Shown here: piece after piece, positions 54,927 through 64,000 of the stretch
How positions within the stretch are numbered: the stretch's first letter is position 1
Layout of the letters: each line of letters starts with the position of its first letter
From: the human T2T-CHM13v2.0 reference genome, Homo sapiens
Direction: 5' to 3' (one strand)
Assembly: GCF_009914755.1 (NCBI RefSeq)
Contig: NC_060929.1
Length of the DNA: 64,000 nucleotides
Translations under genes and position numbers: made by a program
Notes under the pieces: generated by a model
What the model saw: only the letters and a program-made list of their open reading frames with translations
Told to the model about the DNA's origin: nothing
Database searches by the model: none

Positions 54927-57439
54927 TGAGATCCACTGGCTAGGCATTGTTTGCATTTCTACTTGTTTGTCTATGCCTCTGTGAAAGTTACTGGCACTTG
55001 AGAAGACAGAGTGACATAATAGAGAAATGTATGAGAGCAAAAAAGTGTTAATGAAGAAAAGAATCACTACAGCCTACATTTATGTTTGCTAGAGACAGTG
55101 CTTTAGTAGCCCAAAATTCTCCTTTTAAACACATTTACAAGGTAAACAAGTCCTTTTTTCTATAAAACAGTGACATTTGTTTGACATTGGACATTGGGTT
55201 GACCATTGGTGATGGCAGACAAAATCCTAAAGTATAGGTTTAGACGTTAGCCTTGCTGTGCTGATGACAGAAACAGACTCTTACGATGCCCTCCTGTGGC
55301 TTGGAAATTCCCCTATATTCCTTCTCTTTCCCTCAGGCACTTTGATGACACACCAGTTCCTCATCAGCATACTGGGGACCCAGTTGGAGTTGTAGAGTTA
55401 ATGCCAATAGTGCTGTCTACAGATACAAAAAAAAAGAGCCTTGCATTTATGCATGTGACTATTTTTTAAATATGTAAGAAGAAAACTATGTTTTAATTTG
55501 TTGATTTTTTTTGGATACTAAACTTAAGCTATAGAAGAAAAGAAAAATTATTCAAATATGTTTTGAATAATCATTTATTCTAGAGCATCTGACAAACATA
55601 AACTTGGAAGTATGGAAGAACCTCCATCTTAACAATGGCCACTTTCCAAAGAACAGTAAGGGACATATATTTAAAAAACAACAAGAAAAAAACATAAACC
55701 ACAATCATCTGCCACAGAAGTAATGACTGCAGGAATCACAAAAGATGGTGATAATAAGTGGAAGGTTATGCCTTGAAGTCCTGCCAGTGAAATTCAATTT
55801 AATTAAATGAGGGTTTAATTATAAAAAACAAAGATGGCATTCACTTCTATTTTAAATTTTGTGCATAAAAAGTAAGCTTCAGAAATATGAAAGAACCAAA
55901 GAAAGCCATCAAATAAGAAGAACTTAAACTTATTTTTTTATCCTGGTTGGTGGGAAGCAGGGGAGTAGGAGAGCAGAGGACCATTTGGCAGGCAATAGAT
56001 AAATATAAGCAAACTACAAGTCCTTGGTTTTGCCTTAAGTGGCAAAATGCATGATGAAGACAAGAGTGAAAGAGTCTGAGTTGATAAACATGAAGACAAT
56101 TATTGTTCTTATTTATTGGCTTCTAAAGCATATCTTGCTTAATACAAAATACCATGCTGCTGAAAAGCAGAAAGACTATTAAAACTCCAAAATAGAGATG
56201 TTCTGAGAGCTGAAGCCATGTACAGAGTATTTTTCAATTACTTCAAAAAAGAAGGTATCATACATAGAGCTATGTGTTTGAAAACATTTAACTAAATAAG
56301 GATGATAATTGCAAAATAAATGCTACACCATGGGCCAGGATGGGAATAATATGTTGATCCTGAATAAATAACTTAGGCTAAAGCAGTAAAACAAATTAAG
56401 AGAATTAGAATCAAAACTATTATTACTATTATATTATTTTTAAACATTTTTCTGTGTGAGAGATAGTGGGGGTTAAGAGGGGAGGAGGCAGGAAAAGAGT
56501 TACAGAAAACGAAGGGCCACTGTGGGTAAGCAAAAAATGGCTAAGTTGATTCACAGCAACTCAGTGGGAGGTCTAGATCATGTTTTTTTACATTTTATAA
56601 TACATCCAAAACTGTATTTGTCAATTTTTCCTAAATGGCAACTCTACATGCCTATGTTCATTTATACCCAGTCTGAAGTGGGCATAAGCACAAACCAAAA
56701 AAGTAAAAAAAAAATTGTCTGTCTCCAGGACATTTTAAAACCAATTTATTTCACTTTACATCATCATTAAGGAAGATTATTTAAACAGAGTCACAGTCTA
56801 CTTGTTGAATATTCTACCCTGGGACTAAAATTAGCAACTAAACCCTTGAATTTAAACCATTCCAAGTTTTGGATCCAATCATATTAACCTTTCTACCAGC
56901 TTTCCTGCTTGGTTTAATCTGATAGCCCCAGGAGATGGATTCTGAGGAGTGCCTGAGCCATTGGGGAAGGAAGTGGTTAAGAAGGAAGAAGCACACTTCT
57001 TGGCAGAGTGTCTGAGCATGCAGTCACCTTCCTCAAAGATAATGCCTAAATATCCTGACATCTAAAAGTATAATTCAGAAGTGCCAAAAGATTTATCAGC
57101 TCTGAAATACCTGAGAGTCGCACCATAAAATTCACCCAACAAGAATATATTTATTAATTAAACATTTGGGGTGGGGAGCAAGTTTTGTGTTTGGCATTTA
57201 TGAATGGTTAGAGGGGGGAACATTAAATACTTTAAGGAAAATTTTCTTTCTTTTTTTTTTTACAACTTGTTCATGCTTAACTCTGTCAATATCAGTATCA
57301 AATATCATTTTTATTTCGGCATAAGAATAAGTCAGCAATTATAATATCTATATTTCTTTACACATAAGCTATGTTTAGAAAGTCTGCATTGGGTATTTAA
57401 GGACTTGTTCAAACTTTAATTACTTCATTTTATCTTTTC

Positions 57440-57939
57440 ATTTATTTTTTAATTTTATTATTATTATACTTTAAGTTTTAGGGTACATGTGCACAACGTG
57501 CAGGTTTGTTACATATGCATACATGTGCCATATCGGTGTGCTGCACCCATTAACTCGTCATTTAGCATTAGATATATCTCCTAATCCTATCCCTCCCCGC
57601 CTCCCCCCGACACAACAGTCCCCGCTGTGTGATGTTCCCCTTCCTGTGTCCATGTGTTCTCATTGTTCAGTTCCCACCTATGAGTGAGGACATGCGGTGT
57701 TTGGTTTTTTGTCTTTGCAATAGTTTGCTGAGAATGATGGTTTCCAGCTTCATCCATGTCCCTACAAAGGACATGAACTCATCATTTTTTATGGCTGCAT
57801 AGTATCCCATGGTGTATATGTGCCACATTTTCTTAATCCAGTCTATCATTGTTGGACATTTGGCTTAGTTCCAAGTCTTTGCTATTGTGAATAGTGCTGC
57901 AATAAACATACATGTGCATATGTCTTTATAGCAGCATGA
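57440..57939 (-). mobile_element. L1PA3/4-like 3' fragment
   Basis: ttatactttaagttttagggtacatgtgcacaac...ttaactcgtcatttagcatt. ORF 57667..57849 is the ORF2 C-terminus. Confidence 0.92.
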
Positions 57940-58239
57940 AGTTTTTAAATGCTGTGAAGGAAAAAAACCAGTGATGGAATAGAGAATAGTTTGGAGGAGG
58001 GAGGTCAGGGGAAGTCTTCTTGAGGAGGTGACACATAAGAAAGAGACACACAGCTTGGGAAAAACTTATGCTCTCTGCAAAAGGGAATGTATTACCTTGC
58101 TTGCACACTGATGGTGTAGTTTTATAATTAATTCATTGCTGCTCATTATTTACCAAAAACCAAGACTCTCTGACACAAAATAGATGCATTTGGATGGACT
58201 GCAGGACTAAGGAATATTCAGAAACATGAGATTCTCTAC

Positions 58240-59292
58240 ATCTCCCTATTCCCCACCCCTACCTCCAGCCACCACCATTTTACTCTCTATTTCTATGCAC
58301 TTGACTTTTTAAAAATTCCATGTATGAGATAATTAAGTATTGATCTTTCTGCATCTGGCTTATTTCACTTAATATAATTTCCTCCAGTTTCACCCATATT
58401 GTTATAAATGGCAGGATCTCCTTCTTTTTAAGGTTAAATAATACTCCATTGTATGTGTACTGCAGTTTCTTTATCCATTCGTCTGTTGATGCATTTATTG
58501 GCCAACAGACACTTAGGTTGTTTGATTTTCTGGCTATTGTGAATAATGTTGCAATGAACATGGGACTATAGATATCTCTACAAGATGCTGATTTCATTTA
58601 TTTTGGGTATATACCCATAACAGAGATTTCTAGGTCAAATTGTAGTTCTATTTTTAATTTTTTAACAAATGTTTATATTGTTTTGCATAATGGCTGTACC
58701 AATTTACATGAACACCAAGAGTGTACACAAGGGGGTCTCTTTTCTTCACACTCTCACCAACACCTATGTCTTTTCTTTTTGATAATAGCCATTCTAGCAG
58801 ATATGAGGCGATATCTGATTATGGTTTTAACTTACATTTTCCTGATGATTAGTAATGTTGAGCACCTTTTCAAAGACATTTTGGGCATTTTTATGTCTCT
58901 TTTGGAGAAATATCTATTCAGGTCCTTTGTCCTTTTTAAAATTGGGTTATTTGTAAGATCCTTACATATTTTGGAGATTAGACTCTTGTCAGATACATGT
59001 TTTACGAATATTTTCTCCCCACTTGTAGTCTTCCTTTACATTTTTGTTGATATATATGTATATTTTCTTGCTGTGCAGAAGCTTTTTAGTTTGATGTTGT
59101 CCCATTTGTTTATTTTTGCTTTTGCTGCCTGTGCTTTTATGTCATATCCAAAATATTATTGCTAAGGTAATGCCAAGGAACTTTTCCTCTATGTTTTTTT
59201 TCTAGGAGTTTTACAGTTCTGGTCTTATGTTTAGGTCTTTAATCCATTTTGATGAGTTGATGTTTGTGTGTGGCATAAGAGATACAATTTCA
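58240..59292 (-). mobile_element. Old L1MA 3' part, host of the L1HS insertion (resumes at 63985)
   Basis: Antisense ORF2/3'UTR. The reconstructed empty site tggcataagagatacaatttcattcttttgcatgtg is contiguous L1 antisense sequence. Confidence 0.85.
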
Positions 59293-59672
59293 CTCCAAGA
59301 CACATAATTGTCAGATTCACCAAAGTTGAAATGAAGGAAAAAATGTTAAGGGCAGCCAGAGAGAAAGGTCGGGTTACCCTCAAAGGAAAGCCCATCAGAC
59401 TAACAGCGGATCTCTCGGCAGAAAACCTACAAGCCAGAAGAGAGTGGGGGCCAATATTCAACATTCTTAAAGAAAAGAATTTTCAACCCAGAATTTCATA
59501 TCCAGCCAAACTAAGCTTCATAAGTGAAGGAGAAATAAAATACTTTATAGACAAGCAAATGCTGAGAGATTTTGTCACCACCAGGCCTGCCCTAAAAGAG
59601 CTCCTGAAGGAAGCGCTAAACATGGAAAGGAACAACCGGTACCAGCCGCTGCAAAATCATGCCAAAATGTAA
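59293..59672 (+). pseudogene. L1 ORF1p C-terminal remnant
   Basis: TPRHIIVRF...ARREWG...YPAKLS...QNHAKM*. The N-terminal ~210 codons were lost by 5' truncation. Confidence 0.93.
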
Positions 59673-59711
59673 AGACCATCGAGACTAGGAAGAAACTGCA
59701 TCAACTAATGA

Positions 59712-63563
<3,852 letters not shown>

Positions 63564-63606
63564 ACAATGAGATCACATGGACACAGGAAGGGGAATATCA
63601 CACTCT

Positions 63607-63640
63607 GGGGACTGTGGTGGGGTCGGGGGAGGGGGGAGGG
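63607..63640 (+). other. G-quadruplex-forming tract of the L1 3'UTR
   Basis: ggggactgtggtggggtcgggggaggggggaggg. Confidence 0.7.
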
Positions 63641-63852
63641 ATAGCATTGGGAGATATACCTAATGCTAGATGACACGTTAGTGGGTGCAGCGCACCAGCA
63701 TGGCACATGTATACATATGTAACTAACCTGCACAATGTGCACATGTACCCTAAAACTTAGAGTATAATAAAAAAAAAAAATTAAAAAAAAAAAATTTAAA
63801 AAAAAAAAGAAAAAAGAAAAAAAATAAAATAAATAAAAAAAAAAGAAAAGAA

Positions 63853-63954
63853 GAGCATTTGTTTGGATATATATGTATTTGAGCATGTCATTTATTTTTA
63901 AATTTTTCACAACTTTGTTGGACATCTAGTAATAATTAAATACTTTTTAAATTT
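63853..63954 (+). other. 3'-transduced flank from the source L1 locus
   Basis: Non-L1 sequence between the first A-rich tail (63769-63852) and a second poly(A) (from 63955), with ATTAAA at 63935-63940, lying inside the TSD. Confidence 0.9.
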
Positions 63955-64000
63955 AAAAAAAAAAAAAAAAGAGATACAATTTCATTCTTTTGCATGTGAA

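Noticed and set aside
59268-59292. GTG-initiated extension of the ORF1 remnant
   Set aside because: Fortuitous in-frame flank/TSD sequence, not a true start.

Overview
Human genomic DNA: the L1 at the right end carries the human-specific L1HS pre-Ta diagnostics. The only host coding sequence is a terminal exon at 1347-1498 encoding a C2HC-type zinc finger of the ZNF474 family, most likely ZNF475 (recognised from memory, not searched). The remaining ~62 kb is AT-rich intergenic DNA dense in LINE-1, L2, MIR, Alu, MaLR/ERV LTRs and hAT DNA transposons. Highlights: (1) a 5'-truncated L1HS pre-Ta with an uninterrupted 1275-aa ORF2 and a ~100-bp 3' transduction inside a 16-bp TSD; (2) an L1PA5-like element whose 5'UTR is joined exactly at the known L1 splice sites (SpIRE 97/622); (3) a HERV-W LTR17 split next to its TATA box by a composite templated insertion that includes an inverted 30-bp copy of sequence 4.6 kb away; (4) an orphan exon with near-perfect splice signals; (5) an unusual 3' splice-site architecture for the ZNF exon. 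I see no evidence for a new multi-gene system. Repeat subfamily names come from recalled consensus features, and boundaries without TSD support are approximate.
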